Shown piece after piece: positions 10,718 to 22,481 of a stretch of DNA of 39,431 nt. The stretch covers positions 3,633,852 to 3,673,282 of the forward strand of contig NC_068998.1 in the NCBI RefSeq assembly GCF_001194135.2, in the 5' to 3' direction. The notes under the pieces are model-generated. The model saw only the letters and a program-made list of their open reading frames with translations, was not told where the DNA came from and searched no databases. The position numbers and the translations under genes were made by a program. Numbering within the stretch: position 1 is the first letter of the stretch; every line of letters starts with the position of its first letter. This DNA is from Octopus bimaculoides. Its lineage: Eukaryota.

Positions 10718-11556
10718 TTCATTTCTACCCACTAATGCATGGGTGGCAATACGGACGTAGGTGACACTTGAACTCAAATCGTGTATATGTATACAACGTG
10801 AAGACGTTCGGTTTGACCGAGATCGGATTCTGGAAAAAAGGAAACGTAAAACCCGTCCAAGGAAATTCGTGGTCTCTGTGTCTTCATAATATTCTTCAAC
10901 GTCACTTGCACGACCAGCGCTATTACCTTCACCACCGCCACCCCGACCACCACCNNNNNNNNNNNNNNNNNNNNNNNNNNNNNNNNNNNNNNNNNNNNNN
11001 NNNNNNNNNNNNNNNNNNNNNNNNNNNNNNNNNNNNNNNNNNNNNNNNNNNNNNNNNNNNNNNNNNNNNNNNNNNNNNNNNNNNNNNNNNNNNNNNNNNN
11101 NNNNNNNNNNNNNNNNNNNNNNNNNNNNNNNNNNNNNNNNNNNNNNNNNNNNNNNNNNNNNNNNNNNNNNNNNNNNNNNNNNNNNNNNNNNNNNNNNNNN
11201 NNNNNNNNNNNNNNNNNNNNNNNNNNNNNNNNNNNNNNNNNNNNNNNNNNNNNNNNNNNNNNNNNNNNNNNNNNNNNNNNNNNNNNNNNNNNNNNNNNNN
11301 NNNNNNNNNNNNNNNNNNNNNNNNNNNNNNNNNNNNNNNNNNNNNNNNNNNNNNNNNNNNNNNNNNNNNNNNNNNNNNNNNNNNNNNNNNNNNNNNNCCC
11401 GTCGCCACCACAGTGCCAGTGCGCCATTAGCACCACCGCCACCGCCACCCTTATCTCTATATACTCTCCATTACTTCCTGTAATATAAAGAAAGGCAAAT
11501 ATGTTCTCACGATTCGAAACGAAGTTGAGGAAATAAACAGAAGGAAACTGGAAGAC

Positions 11557-11590
<34 letters not shown>

Positions 11591-11715
11591 TATATGTTTA
11601 TTTGTGTATATGAGCATGATTTTTTTAATGCGCATTTGCATACGTGTATTTGTGCATGAAGCGTATATGTGTACAAGGGTATGTCTGCGCGTTGTTTGTG
11701 AATATGTGCTGTGTG

Positions 11716-11717
11716 AG

Positions 11718-11788
<71 letters not shown>

Positions 11789-11792
11789 TAGA
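11716..11792. repeat. (GATA)n/(GACA)n microsatellite
   Basis: Visible array. Confidence 0.9.
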
Positions 11793-11974
11793 TAGAGGAC
11801 GAGTGGGGGAAGGAGGGTGACTATACCTAGAAACATTTCTGGTGTTCTTTGTAGAACCGGTTGTTTGGTCATTTTGGAATATGTGACGTGGTTCTCCATT
11901 AACAGACTATCAGATTTCTTCTGCGTTTGGTTAATGTACAGACACATACACCCGCACACACACTAACACAAACC

Positions 11975-12006
<32 letters not shown>

Positions 12007-12465
12007 CACACTGAAACATGCATACATACACGTGCATACACATACACACGCATACACTTACGCGCACGTTTCTATTTAAAAGCTTTGAGAGTGAATTTGG
12101 TTGACGGAAACGGTATGCTATATACATACATATGTGCGTGTGTATATATATATATATACATGTATACACACACACGCTCACACATATATAAAACGTTAAA
12201 ATAAAGATGGAGAGTTGTAAATACGCAAAGCTTTTTTTTTTACAGTTTTATATACAATAAATTCTCTTTAAATTCTTGTGTTTTTGCCGCATAGCTATCC
12301 AAGGATACAACTGAACCAATAGGAAGCAACTGGATATCGCACCCTAGGATATATCTATGCAATAGAAACACGTGTCGGACACAAATTTAAAGAGAATACA
12401 TTATCTATAAGACTGTAATAAAAAGCTTTGCGGATGTACAATCCGCCATCCTTATTTTAACGTCT

Positions 12466-12513
<48 letters not shown>

Positions 12514-12519
12514 CGTGCG

Positions 12520-12725
12520 TGCGCGTGTGCGTTTTTGTGTTTGTTCTTTACCACTTTCTGGCAACGAGTGTTGGTTCGTTTAAAACCCCGTAACCTAGCG
12601 GTTCGACACACGTGACCGATAACACAAATAGACTTTAAACTAAGCACTGGAATCGGCTTGTTCGACTAAATCCTTCAAGGCGGTGCTCCAGCATGACAGT
12701 AATCCAATGACTAACAAATAAAACA
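12520..12725 (+). mobile_element. SINE family A, diverged 3' half
   Basis: cccgtaacctagcggttcg..ttcgactaaatccttcaaggcggtgctccagcatg. Confidence 0.7.
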
Positions 12726-13531
12726 TAAAAGATATACAGAACAGCTTTGCTTTCAAGAATGTTATGTTGTGGATACGACTGTGTTCAAGTCAAGTCTTTT
12801 TCTTTTTAATAGTCTTTAATATTTCTCATTTGTTGTTTAGGTTTAGACTGGGTCAATAACACGTCTAAGGTCATTCATTTTATGACATCTTGTAGATTTC
12901 ATTATCTCAATAAATGACTTGTACGTACGCAGCATTTTATTATGCAACCATTCTTTACAGTAAAGTATATTAAATGTTTTTATAAGTCAGTACCGTGTTC
13001 TACTGTGTTAGCAGTGCTATTAAATCACATGTTAAGGCTATAATTTCAACGGAATATCTGTAGAGATAACATTAACAAGTCATGTCTATGAAATGCCAAT
13101 AGTTTAGCGATGTTTAGTACATAGCATTAGAATGGAAAATTTAATACAATAAACAGTGATTAAACCTCGATTTCCAGAGGTTAAAGGGACTCCTGAATAT
13201 CAACAGGACAAGCAGTATGAGTCATTTGGGTTTGTGACATGATTGTTATCGTAGCACTTCCGTCTGTGTCACTCGATTTAGTGTCCGGCAAAAGAAGAGG
13301 AAATTCGACAACCGGTTAAATGATTTTAAAACAAGCGAAACACAAGAATAAGATGGTGGCAACCGGTTCGTGAAAACCGGCGCAGACCGGGTCCGGCTCA
13401 GCACCGTCTACACCACCCGTCTGGAGACTGAGAGTGTGACCTCGGTTGGTCAATTAGGAGGAACGGATGCTGACTGATTAATTATCTTGGTAATGAACCT
13501 ATACTAATGCTGTTGTCGTTGCTGAGGATAT

Positions 13532-13571
<40 letters not shown>

Positions 13572-14849
13572 GAGGAGGAGGAGGAGGAGGAAGAGTTGGA
13601 GTAAGAAGAGAAAAGAGGAAGAATAGTCACGATAAGGATAGTGATGATGGTGATGCTTGACGGCGGTGGCGAGGATGCCGACGACGACGACGGTGGTGGT
13701 GGTGGTGTGGTGGTGGTGTGGTGGTGGTGGTCATGATAGTGATCATGATAATGATGATCATGTCAAAGGCAGCGATCATGATGACGACGACGATGATGAC
13801 ACCTTACTATAATGGGCTTCATGTCTGTCTGTCTGTCTGTTCTCTCTTCACGGTCAAACGGTTGGACCAACGATCGCGATGTTTTTGGGGATTACGAAGG
13901 AGATAATCAGGAAGGTTTTTAGCGAAAAAAAAAAAAAAAAAATGTGGAAAAGTATAATTATTTTGTGGACATTGAATTTTAAATTAACTTGTATTGATTT
14001 TTTTGGTAAAAATTCCAGCGACGAGGATTAACTCTGGATTTCCCCACCCCCGTATAGTTCGTAAATTTAGAGGGTTCAGATTTGCGATACTATCCCTTTA
14101 TTTCCAATCGTAGATGGGCAGATTTGCTATCTTATTATCTATTGCTATCTTATTATCTTATTATTTTGGAAGCGGTGCTCCAGCATGACCACAGTCCTAC
14201 GACTGAAACAGTTATGAGAATGAAAGATATATAAAACTAATAACCACACACCCTAATAGAAAGAAGGATAGACATATTGTGAATTTTATAACGTGAGGAT
14301 GAAGCAACGGCTAACGTTTCGGAGAAGAACCTTCATCAGAGGAGAAATGAAATATTTACTGAGTCACTGGATAGCGATAGATTCTTTCCAAATGACAATA
14401 TTTTGCGAGGAGGAATTATCTTAGCAGTGAAGAATAGGAGAGTATGTTGGGGGTGATGGAGAAGTGAGAGGTCAGTAGAGGGACAAGTGTTAGTGGGATA
14501 GCGGAGGTGTTGTTGTTGTTGGTGGTGGTGGAGGTGAGGGTGGCGGTGGCGGTGGTGGTGTTGAAGGCGAAGGTCAACACGAGGACACGAAATCGCAAAG
14601 AACGGCAGCAGATTTGAACTGCGGAAGTAAACACGGAAATACTGTTGCTACGTGTGTTTGTGCGTATGTGTGTACGTGTGTGTGTGTGTGTGTGTGTGTT
14701 CAAAAGTATCCCCGCACTAACACACAACACACTCACACGCAGACATAGACACACACATACACAAATACCATGCATACATACATACGTTCATACGCATGTA
14801 TGTATCTATGTATGTGCATGTGTGTGTATGTGTACGTGTACGCGTGTGT

Positions 14850-15060
14850 GTGCGTATGTGTTTGCCCACCACTATCGCTTGACAATCTGTGTAGGTGTGT
14901 TTATGTCTCCGAAACATAGCGGTTCAGCAAAAACGTACGATAGAATAAGTAGGAGGCTTTAAAAAGTAAATACCGGAATCGATTCGCTCGACTAAAATTC
15001 CTAAAGGTGGTGCCCCAGCTTGGCCGCGGTCTAATGACTGAAACAAGTAAAAGATAAAAG

Positions 15061-15061
<1 letters not shown>
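14850..15061 (+). mobile_element. SINE family A, 3' half
   Basis: ccaccactatcgcttgacaa..gatagaataagta..ggtggtgccccagcttggccgcggtctaatgactgaaacaagtaaaagat. Confidence 0.8.
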
Positions 15062-15091
<30 letters not shown>

Positions 15092-15252
15092 TGTATGTAT
15101 GTATGTATGTATGCATGTGTGTATGTATGTATGTATATATGTATGTATGTACGTATGTATGTATGTATGTATGTATGTATGTATGTATGTATGTATGTAT
15201 GCGTGTGTGTGTATGTATGTATGTATGTATGTTTGTATGCATGTATGTATGT
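15062..15252. repeat. (TATG)n microsatellite at the SINE tail
   Basis: Visible array; source of the YVCM/HTYI ORFs. Confidence 0.95.
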
Positions 15253-15503
15253 AACTGACAGGCGGCAACTGTCGCCGGTTGGTACCGTATGTTGGAAATG
15301 ACTAATTAGAGGGATAAGAAAAGAAGGGAAAAGAGGAGAAAGAATTGTTACTGGATCCTCTGAAATTCGTGCTGTTTGCGTCAGGTGGTAGGATTCATCG
15401 GAAGTCGATGGGAGCCTTTGTACGACATGACTAAAAGCTTGTTAATTAAGATAAACAAAGCCACAGGATGACAGGCGACACTGAGAAGATATGTGTGTGT
15501 GTA

Positions 15504-15715
15504 CCAGGGGGTGCCGAAAATTCCTGGTTATAAGGGGAAAGGGCTTGTTGGTGGCCCAGCCTTCCGAATTCTTTTACAGAGCTTCGAAAAACTGAAGGAC
15601 CGCTGCAATAAGTGTGTGAATCTCGAGAGGGGAAGATGTTGAATAAAATCATAATTAACTGATCCTCCTGTGTTTTTCTTTTACTCAAAGTCAGGAATTT
15701 TTCAGCACCTGCTCC
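15504..15715 (+). mobile_element. Mariner-derived MITE flanked by TA
   Basis: Imperfect TIRs (ccagggggtgccgaaaattcctgg / tcaggaatttttcagcacctgctcc) with TA on both sides. Internal remnant resembling a mariner C-terminus (FEKLKDRCNKCVNL..EDVE*). Confidence 0.7.
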
Positions 15716-15726
15716 TATATAATTAG

Positions 15727-16028
15727 CATTCGGTTACGACAACGGTTCCAGTTGATTTGATCAACGGAACGGCTTGTTCAGGAAATTAACGTGCATGTGG
15801 CTGAGCACTCCATAGACACGTGTACCCCTTAACATAATTCTCAGGGAGAATTCAGCGTCACGTAGTGTGACGAGGCTGGCCCTTTGAATTACAGGTACAA
15901 TTCGTTTTTGCCAGATGAGTGGAGTGGAGCCACGTGAAATAAAGTGTCTTGCTCAAGGACACAACGCGCCGCCAGGAATCGAAATCAAGACCTTAAGATC
16001 GTGAGCCAGATATCCTAACCACTAAAGC
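15727..16028 (-). mobile_element. SINE family C
   Basis: Homologous to 10408-10717. Confidence 0.8.
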
Positions 16029-16643
16029 AGGACTTCGTGTGTGTGTGTGTGAAATAAATGGATATAAATATTAAGAAATTATAAATTGGAAGCAAACATA
16101 AAGGATTATTGTTTCCTTATTATTAGAAGAAAAGAACGAAGCACAGAAATATTTGGTTGGCAGAACTTGAAGAGAGGCGGACTCAAATGGCTGGTGCCGT
16201 TTTAATTACGTTTCTTTATGTATTGAGTTCAAATTCTACCGAGGTTGACATTGTATTTTATTTTTCAAGGATTAATAAAAATCATAATCAAATATACGAG
16301 AATCGACTTTCTAGACTATTTCCCTTTCCACAAAATTTGTGATTCTAGTTTCAGCGATGGAAACCCTGACAGAGTTTCCGAATAGTTATTCTTACTACAA
16401 AAGAGAGGAAAAGGGCAAACATAAGGCGGATTTTCCATTTTTTTTTTCATTAATATTCCTGTGTCCCACATAAACGGCAATTGCCTTATCAAAAACCATT
16501 CTGTCCCCCAATAAACATAAAAATCTTCCATCTCCTCTTTTTCATTTCGTATCCCTTCTTTCTTTCCCATGAAGTAGGGATCGCTATTCCGACACTCCGC
16601 TGGAACCTTTATTAACAACGGGTATTATTTTCACTGATCACCG

Positions 16644-16676
16644 TATAAATTATAAAGTGTCTCTAACAAAATGGCG
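16644..16676 (+). promoter_or_regulatory. LAS1L start region: TATAAA-like boxes and YY1-like CAAAATGGCG overlapping the ATG
   Basis: TATAAAT at 16644-16650, TATAAA at 16651-16656, CAAAATGGCG at 16667-16676. Motif matches only. Confidence 0.3.
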
Positions 16677-16702
16677 AGTTGTGTCTCAGCGTGGTTCAAC
16701 CG
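16671..16702 (+). CDS. LAS1L: LAS1L exon 1 (MASCVSAWFNR)
   Basis: aaaATGGCG start; donor CG|GTAAAT (phase 2). VSAWFNREEF corresponds to the human LAS1L VVAWLSRAEW segment as recalled. Confidence 0.8.
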
Positions 16703-17803
16703 GTAAATGAAATTATACATTTTCTTCAGTTTAATGTCGTTAAATCCTCATATAAATTGTATTTTATATATTTTCCTTCTCTTCTTTTAAATCATTTTAA
16801 TGGTTTCAGGTTTTTAGAATTATCTGAATAGACCTTCTAACAGAAATAATTATGTTTGTTCCAGAGAAGAAGGGAATGCCTTGAGTCTCTTCTAATATTT
16901 ATTTCGTTTTATGTATTTATATCGTTTTATCTATAAATCTTGGTGTATTTCTAATGTTTTATTTATGTGTGTTGCTATCTGTTTTCATACATTGCTTTAT
17001 TGTATTGTCCAACTGTACTAATAAATCGTAAAATAAAACTCAATTTTGGGGAAAAAAATACTTCTCATTATATGTTTGTTTACTAAATGAAAATCAGCGG
17101 AAAAAGCTACAACCCCTGACTTAGTCTCTCGATTTGTAAAACATTATAGCTTAAATCTCTCTCAGTTCATACCCTGCTGTCTTAAAAAATATAGGGACAC
17201 ATTGGATAATGTTTTCATAGATATGCATTTCCCGCGTGATAGACAGATTGGTCACATCCGGAACGCCTGTGACCGTAGGTTTGCTCAGTAGGGGTTACTT
17301 CTGAATAACCAACAATTGTTTACTTATTTTGAGGGTTCAATATGCAACCAAATGGACGAAAAATTTTTTTATTAAACTGTTTCTCCATTTTTTTTTTGTT
17401 TAATTGGAAATAATAGAAATATTGTATGAATATCAAAACAGGAGGTTGAAAAGATTTTTTCCAATCCCGTTTTGATACTCTTTACTCTCTTTTACTCGTT
17501 TCAGTCATTTGACTGTGGCCATGCTGGAGCACCGTATTTATTCTGCAAAAAAGGGGTCACACTGATCTAAATTAAAACCTTCCATTAAAACTCCTTAGTT
17601 TATGTTCCAAATATTAACTTAATAATGGCAAAATTATTTTACTAAATTCTTTGTTATTTTTGAAATTAAATTAATTGAAGCAAAGGCGCTGTGTCACAGA
17701 AATATGGCAACAAAAAGGTTTAACTAATAAATTTTTCTTCAGAATTTCTTCAGTAATATTTCTTTGTTTTCATTTTAGTTTTATTTTGTTTTTTCCATTG
17801 CAG

Positions 17804-17896
17804 CGAAGAATTTTTGGAAGTCTACAATGAGATCTTCAGTAATGACATAAAAAAACAGAAACATGCTCTTGGAAGAATTGCTGTATGGAAATCAAG
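17804..17896 (+). CDS. LAS1L: LAS1L exon 2 (EEFLEVYNEIFSNDIKKQKHALGRIAVWKSR)
   Basis: ttccattgcAG acceptor, AAG|GTAAAG donor, phase 2/2. ALGRIAVWKSR matches the Las1-family ALNRITVWRSR. Confidence 0.9.
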
Positions 17897-18007
17897 GTAA
17901 AGAAACCATTCTTTTACAGTAAAAATATAGATATGTGTGTGTAAGCTGAGGGCAGCTACTTTGAGTATGTGTATATATATATATTTTATTTTTTTATATT
18001 TGTTTTT

Positions 18008-18389
18008 TGTTTTGGTCATTTGACTGCAGCCATGCTGGAGCACTGCCTTTGGTTGAGCAAATCGACCCTAAGACTTATTCTTTGTAAGCCTAGTACTTAT
18101 TCTATCAGTCACTTTTGCTGAACTGCTAATGTTATAGGGACGTAAACATACCAGCATTGGTTGTCAAGCAATGTTACAGGAACAAACACAGACACCCAAA
18201 CATATATATACATATATATATATATACGACAAGCTTCTTTCAGTTTCCGTCTACCAAATCCACTCACAAGGTTTTGGACGGCCCAACGCATAGTAGAAGA
18301 CACTTGTCCAAGGTGCCACTTAGTGGGAATGAACCCAGAACCATGTGGTTGGTAAGCAAGCTACTTACCACACAGCCACTCCTGTGCCT
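18008..18389 (-). mobile_element. Near full-length SINE family A in LAS1L intron 2
   Basis: Minus head aggcacaggagtggctgtgtggtaag..gggttcattccca..ggcaccttggacaagtgtcttctac; internal (TA/CA)n; 3' end present. Confidence 0.88.
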
Positions 18390-18677
18390 AGATGTGTATG
18401 TGTATGTATGCACATACATACACACACACACACATACATACATATGTATTTATGTATAAGTATGTGTGGCTATATATATCTATCCACACATGCGCTCGCA
18501 TACAGATGCAAAAAATCAGCTTTCTGGAATCTTTGGTTCTAAAGCCATTCCATGTGTGTGATCTTCAGATACTAAAAATGAATACTCTTAATCGATTTTC
18601 GAATCTTATTGGATTCTTGTCTGTGTATCTGTATCTATCTATCTGTGTGTGTGCATATCTATCTATGTGTGTGTATG

Positions 18678-18709
<32 letters not shown>

Positions 18710-18760
18710 GAATGTGTTGTTGTCATTTCGTTTATTTTTCCCCTTTAAAACTTATTTCAG

Positions 18761-18904
18761 AGTTCCCAAATTACCAATTGCCATTGAAAACACTGCTGCT
18801 CTCATTCGTGCAAGTGTGGAACATCGTCAAGATGCCACTTCTGGTCAGACAGACTGGGAATCGAACCACAAACTGAGAAATCTCTACGGATTAGCATTGA
18901 TTAG
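18761..18904 (+). CDS. LAS1L: LAS1L exon 3 (VPKLPIAIENTAALIRA...LRNLYGLALIR)
   Basis: cttatttcAG / TAG|GTAATT, phase 2/2. Matches Las1 LPLAVASTA and LRLLYGMALVR motifs. Confidence 0.92.
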
Positions 18905-19439
18905 GTAATTATTTATAAAGTTTGGTTCATCCTTATCTCTTTCATATGCACGTTTCCATGTTTGCATGGTTCAGAAAGGATTTGTTGTGGCAGATTTTCT
19001 ATGGCCACATGTTTTTTCCTGTTGCCACTCATCACCTGTTTCCAAGTTAGGTAATATTTTCCCATGGCCAGACATATTTTCATGGAAGATGGGGAACACA
19101 CAACTTTGCTTGTTTGATGGTGGCACCTGTTTACAACTGTCTTGCTGCATCGAGGCAAAGAAGAGACTAATATACATAGACACATGTGTATGCATACCCA
19201 CACACACAGAGTGGATTTTATATGTATGTTCATCATCATCATCATCATTTTAAGCTCCTCTTTTCCATGCTTGAATGGGTTCAACAGAGTTTACTGAGGC
19301 AAATTCTAGTGGCACTTGCAAGCCTCCTCCTTTGCAGAATCCCAGACTGCAAGTGAGACATCAGCCATGTGAACATACTTCTCTCTAGACCACATCACGA
19401 TTTTCTTCTGACACGTAAGATAAAAATATGTGATGTGTG

Positions 19440-19555
19440 GATTCTGTTGGTTGGTCTAGCGCTTTATGTTCTGAGTTCAAATCCTGCTTTAGTCAATTTC
19501 ACCTTTTATCGTTTCACAGTTGACACATTCGGGTACTGGGGTCAATATTCAATTG
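19440..19555 (+). mobile_element. SINE family B fragment
   Basis: atgttctgagttcaaatcc..gtcaatttcacctttt..gtactggggtcaat. Confidence 0.6.
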
Positions 19556-19667
19556 ACTAGCCCACTAACCCCACCCCCACCCTTTCATCTCAAATTTCTA
19601 GCCTTGTTTCTATGTTAGAAAATTATTATTACTACATCTGTTTTTGTTTTCTTTCTATTTTCTTCAG

Positions 19668-19740
19668 ATTCATCAACCACATAACAGAGACAAAACAGAA
19701 TAAAGTCTATGCACGCTCACTTGTGTCCATTGCCAAAGAG
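19668..19740 (+). CDS. LAS1L: LAS1L exon 4 (FINHITETKQNKVYARSLVSIAKE)
   Basis: tcttcAG / GAG|GTATGT, phase 2/0. Matches Las1 RFVNLIS...LAQE. Confidence 0.92.
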
Positions 19741-19819
19741 GTATGTTATACATAAAAAAAACAACAAAAAACATTTAATGTTTCTCTTGTAATTATTTTT
19801 ACATTTATTGACATTATTT

Positions 19820-20060
19820 ATAAAGTGTGCACATGTTGTATAAGGTGTATACATGCTGTATAAGGTGTATACGTGTATAAAATGTACAGATGTTTTTATA
19901 AAGTGTATACATGTAGTATAGTGGATACATGTTGTATAAAGTGTATGCATGTGTAAAGTGTATACATGTACAATGTGTATACATGTATAAAGTGTATACA
20001 TGTATAAAGTGTATACATGTAATAAAGTGTATACATGTATAAGGTGTATGCATGTAATAC
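19820..20060. repeat. Minisatellite, unit about 16-20 nt (AAAGTGTATACATGTAT)
   Basis: A dozen or more degenerate tandem units visible. Confidence 0.9.
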
Positions 20061-20209
20061 AAACAAATTTTGAATCAGGGAATTGTATTTCTGGTATGAT
20101 TTTGGATATGTGATGGTGCTTTATCTTCTACCTTTTACTAGCTTCAGTCATTAGACTGCGGCCATGCTGGGGCACTGCCTTGAAGAATTTTTAGTTGAAT
20201 GAATCGATG

Positions 20210-20430
20210 CACATGCATTCCTCACTGTCCCTGGGAAGATCTTCAAACACCTTCATGATCTTGGCCTTGATGTAACAAGCAGAATGGATGGTGTCTTTCT
20301 CAACCATGCCCCACACATAATAATCCATGGGATTTGCTATGGGGGGGGGGGGGTTAGGAGGTTAGAAAATGGGGTTGGTGAAGTCATAGAAATTCTCCAA
20401 CAATCACTACTGAGACTTTTTGGAAGTATG
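20210..20430 (-). mobile_element. Tc1/mariner transposase fragment, same family as 6955-7290
   Basis: Reverse complement reads gagaatttctatgacttcacc..cccatggattattatgtgtgggg..gccaagatcatgaaggtgtttgaagatcttccc, matching the 7 kb copy. Confidence 0.8.
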
Positions 20431-20770
20431 ACTGCTTCTTTCTTTCTTATTTTGTCTCTGACAGACATAATGCATCTAGCATTATTTTGTCTAATGTGTT
20501 CCTTCTCTAAAAAATATTACGGTGGGATTTGAAGGTGATATGGCTGCTATTTCTGCCAGAGGCGACCACATCAATGCGTCCATAGAATATGGCGTCGATG
20601 ACCTAATCCATAAAGGGAGATAATCACCAGACTTTTAATATTTTTTTTTCCATCTTGTTTCTCTTGTTGCCTGAATGTCTAAGATTAAACATTGTTTAAC
20701 CTGGGGCTAATTATTATCAGCCCAACATTTTTATGTTAGAATTATATTTATGGATATTTTTTATTCACAG

Positions 20771-20881
20771 CTTGGTCTTCCTGAATGGTTGATAGAACTG
20801 CGTCACAGTGCCACCCACAACAAGCTGCCCTCACTGGAAATCGTATGTACAGCTGTTGACTGTAGTCTCAAGTATTTACAG
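20771..20881 (+). CDS. LAS1L: LAS1L exon 5 with HEPN RNase motif RHSATH
   Basis: ttattcacAG / CAG|GTTGGT, phase 0/0. Translates LGLPEWLIELRHSATHNKLPSLEIVCTAVDCSLKYLQ. RHxxxH at 20801-20818. Confidence 0.95.
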
Positions 20882-21094
20882 GTTGGTTGGCACTTTCTCT
20901 CTCATTGACTCTTGTTTACACATCTTTCACTCATTTTGGTCAGGCAATTTGTTGGAGATAGGAGGAGGGGTTTGTAGGGGGTTGGGTGATTATAAGGGCT
21001 AGGGGTGTTTGTAGGGGTACCGTTGGTTTGAGGATGACTTACTCCTTTTCTCCTGCCAGTTTTTGGAGCTGTGTAAAATTTTAAGGGTTCCACC

Positions 21095-21375
21095 TTACCT
21101 CCCTGATAAAAATCTCGAGTTCTGGAGCTGATGAACTCTTTGAATGCACTTTCAGCATTGGTTTGATTTTTGAACTCCTCTCGCAGGAAACCATCAAGGT
21201 GCTTGAAAACGTGGTAGTCGATAGGATAAAGGTCTGGGGAAATAAGCTGGGTGGGGAAAAACTTTGTAGCCAAGTTCCCTCAATTTCTGGTGCGTCATTA
21301 GTGAAACGTATGGTCAAGCATTGTCATGAAGAATGATTGGTCCTCTTCAGTTGACCAGGTTAAAGCTTGTAAGCA
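21095..21375 (-). mobile_element. Mariner (DD34D, Hsmar1-like) transposase pseudogene fragment
   Basis: GPIILHDNA*PY..LRELGYKVFPHPAY(frameshift)SPDLYPIDYHVFKHLDGFL..FKNQTNAESAFKEFISSR; contains stops and a frameshift. Confidence 0.88.
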
Positions 21376-21618
21376 ATCTCTGTAATGACTAAAGAAGATA
21401 GTGTAATAATGGGGCACATAAGTTCTCGATGGAAATCAAGTAGGGTTTCCCGAATGCTTGGGACTCAAAAAACCCAAATCTCTTTGTTTATGTGACAAGT
21501 GTGCTACTCCTTTGCATCTGTGTCTTTGGGTATAAAACAATCTTATAAACCATGTTTTATTTTGTTCTCTATTAATTGCCTTAAAATGGAGTATATATTT
21601 CTTCTAATATATTTTCAG

Positions 21619-21732
21619 GAAAATTTCTGGACCAAACAAATCCAACGTGAAGAAAACCAAGTTTATCACGATAAACCATTGAAAGATTTCATAAGGACCA
21701 TGTTGATTGATTACCAGCAATGCCAGTTTGAA
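21619..21732 (+). CDS. LAS1L: LAS1L exon 6 (ENFWTKQIQ...DYQQCQFE)
   Basis: attttcAG / GAA|GTAAGA, phase 0/0, open frame. YLQ|ENFW matches the Las1 WLQKTYW position. Confidence 0.88.
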
Positions 21733-21790
21733 GTAAGACCTGTTTATATATTTATATATATATATATATATATGTGTGTGTCTATGTATA

Positions 21791-21816
<26 letters not shown>

Positions 21817-21823
<7 letters not shown>

Positions 21824-21974
21824 TAGAAAAAATAAGGTACTCAGAGATCTGAAGAATCTATTAGAGTAGATGAAAGTGCTAATATATGATTTATAAAAAC
21901 ATGTGACATATTAATAAAAATCTGTAAATGTACAACCATCCAAATCTTTGAGTACCTTATTTTTTCTAATATAT
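21817..21974. mobile_element. 158 bp MITE-like element with about 31 bp inverted ends
   Basis: tatatattagaaaaaataaggtactcagagat versus atctttgagtaccttattttttctaatatata (one mismatch). Confidence 0.75.
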
Positions 21975-22163
21975 AATACCTGTACATCGCCTCCAAACCT
22001 AATAAATAAATATATATATATAGATAGATATATATATAGATATACACACACACACAGACATGCAGGAAGTAAATAGACACCTTTAATTTTCAAAATCTTT
22101 TATTTGATATTAATTGGTTGAAGGAGAGGTTTTCTTCTAGCTGCTTGTCCATAATACCCAAGC

Positions 22164-22430
22164 TTATGCAGATATGTAACATGTTCTTGGACTAACTTCT
22201 AGCTGTTTTGCAATGTCAGAAGCCTTCGAACTGGGTTCGTTTTCCACAATTCTCTTCAACCAGCAAAGCTTCCTTTCCGAAGGCCCAGGTCGGCCGGGAT
22301 GAGAATCTGTCGATTCTTTTCCTTGGCTTTTGAATTGCACTATAATTCTATTAATAGTAGCAAGAGGAATTTGAAGATTTTCGGCAATTTTTTGGCAATT
22401 CATTATTAATGGAAACAAATGATATGAAGA
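22164..22430 (-). mobile_element. Tc1-like transposase N-terminal HTH fragment
   Basis: [61 protein letters not shown] matches the paired-like HTH / GRP linker pattern. Confidence 0.8.
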
Positions 22431-22481
22431 CTATTTAATTAGGTTTTTCATTTTAATTTTTCTGTTAATTGTTTTCTGTAG

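Noticed and set aside
14901-15301. YVCM/HTYI and similar repetitive ORFs throughout the window
   Set aside because: Translations of microsatellites.
16316-16618. 100 aa minus-strand ORF next to the LAS1L start
   Set aside because: No recognisable domain; composition fits promoter-proximal AT/purine-rich DNA.
19820-20060. CRISPR-like array
   Set aside because: No unique spacers between units and the context is a eukaryotic intron; it is a minisatellite.
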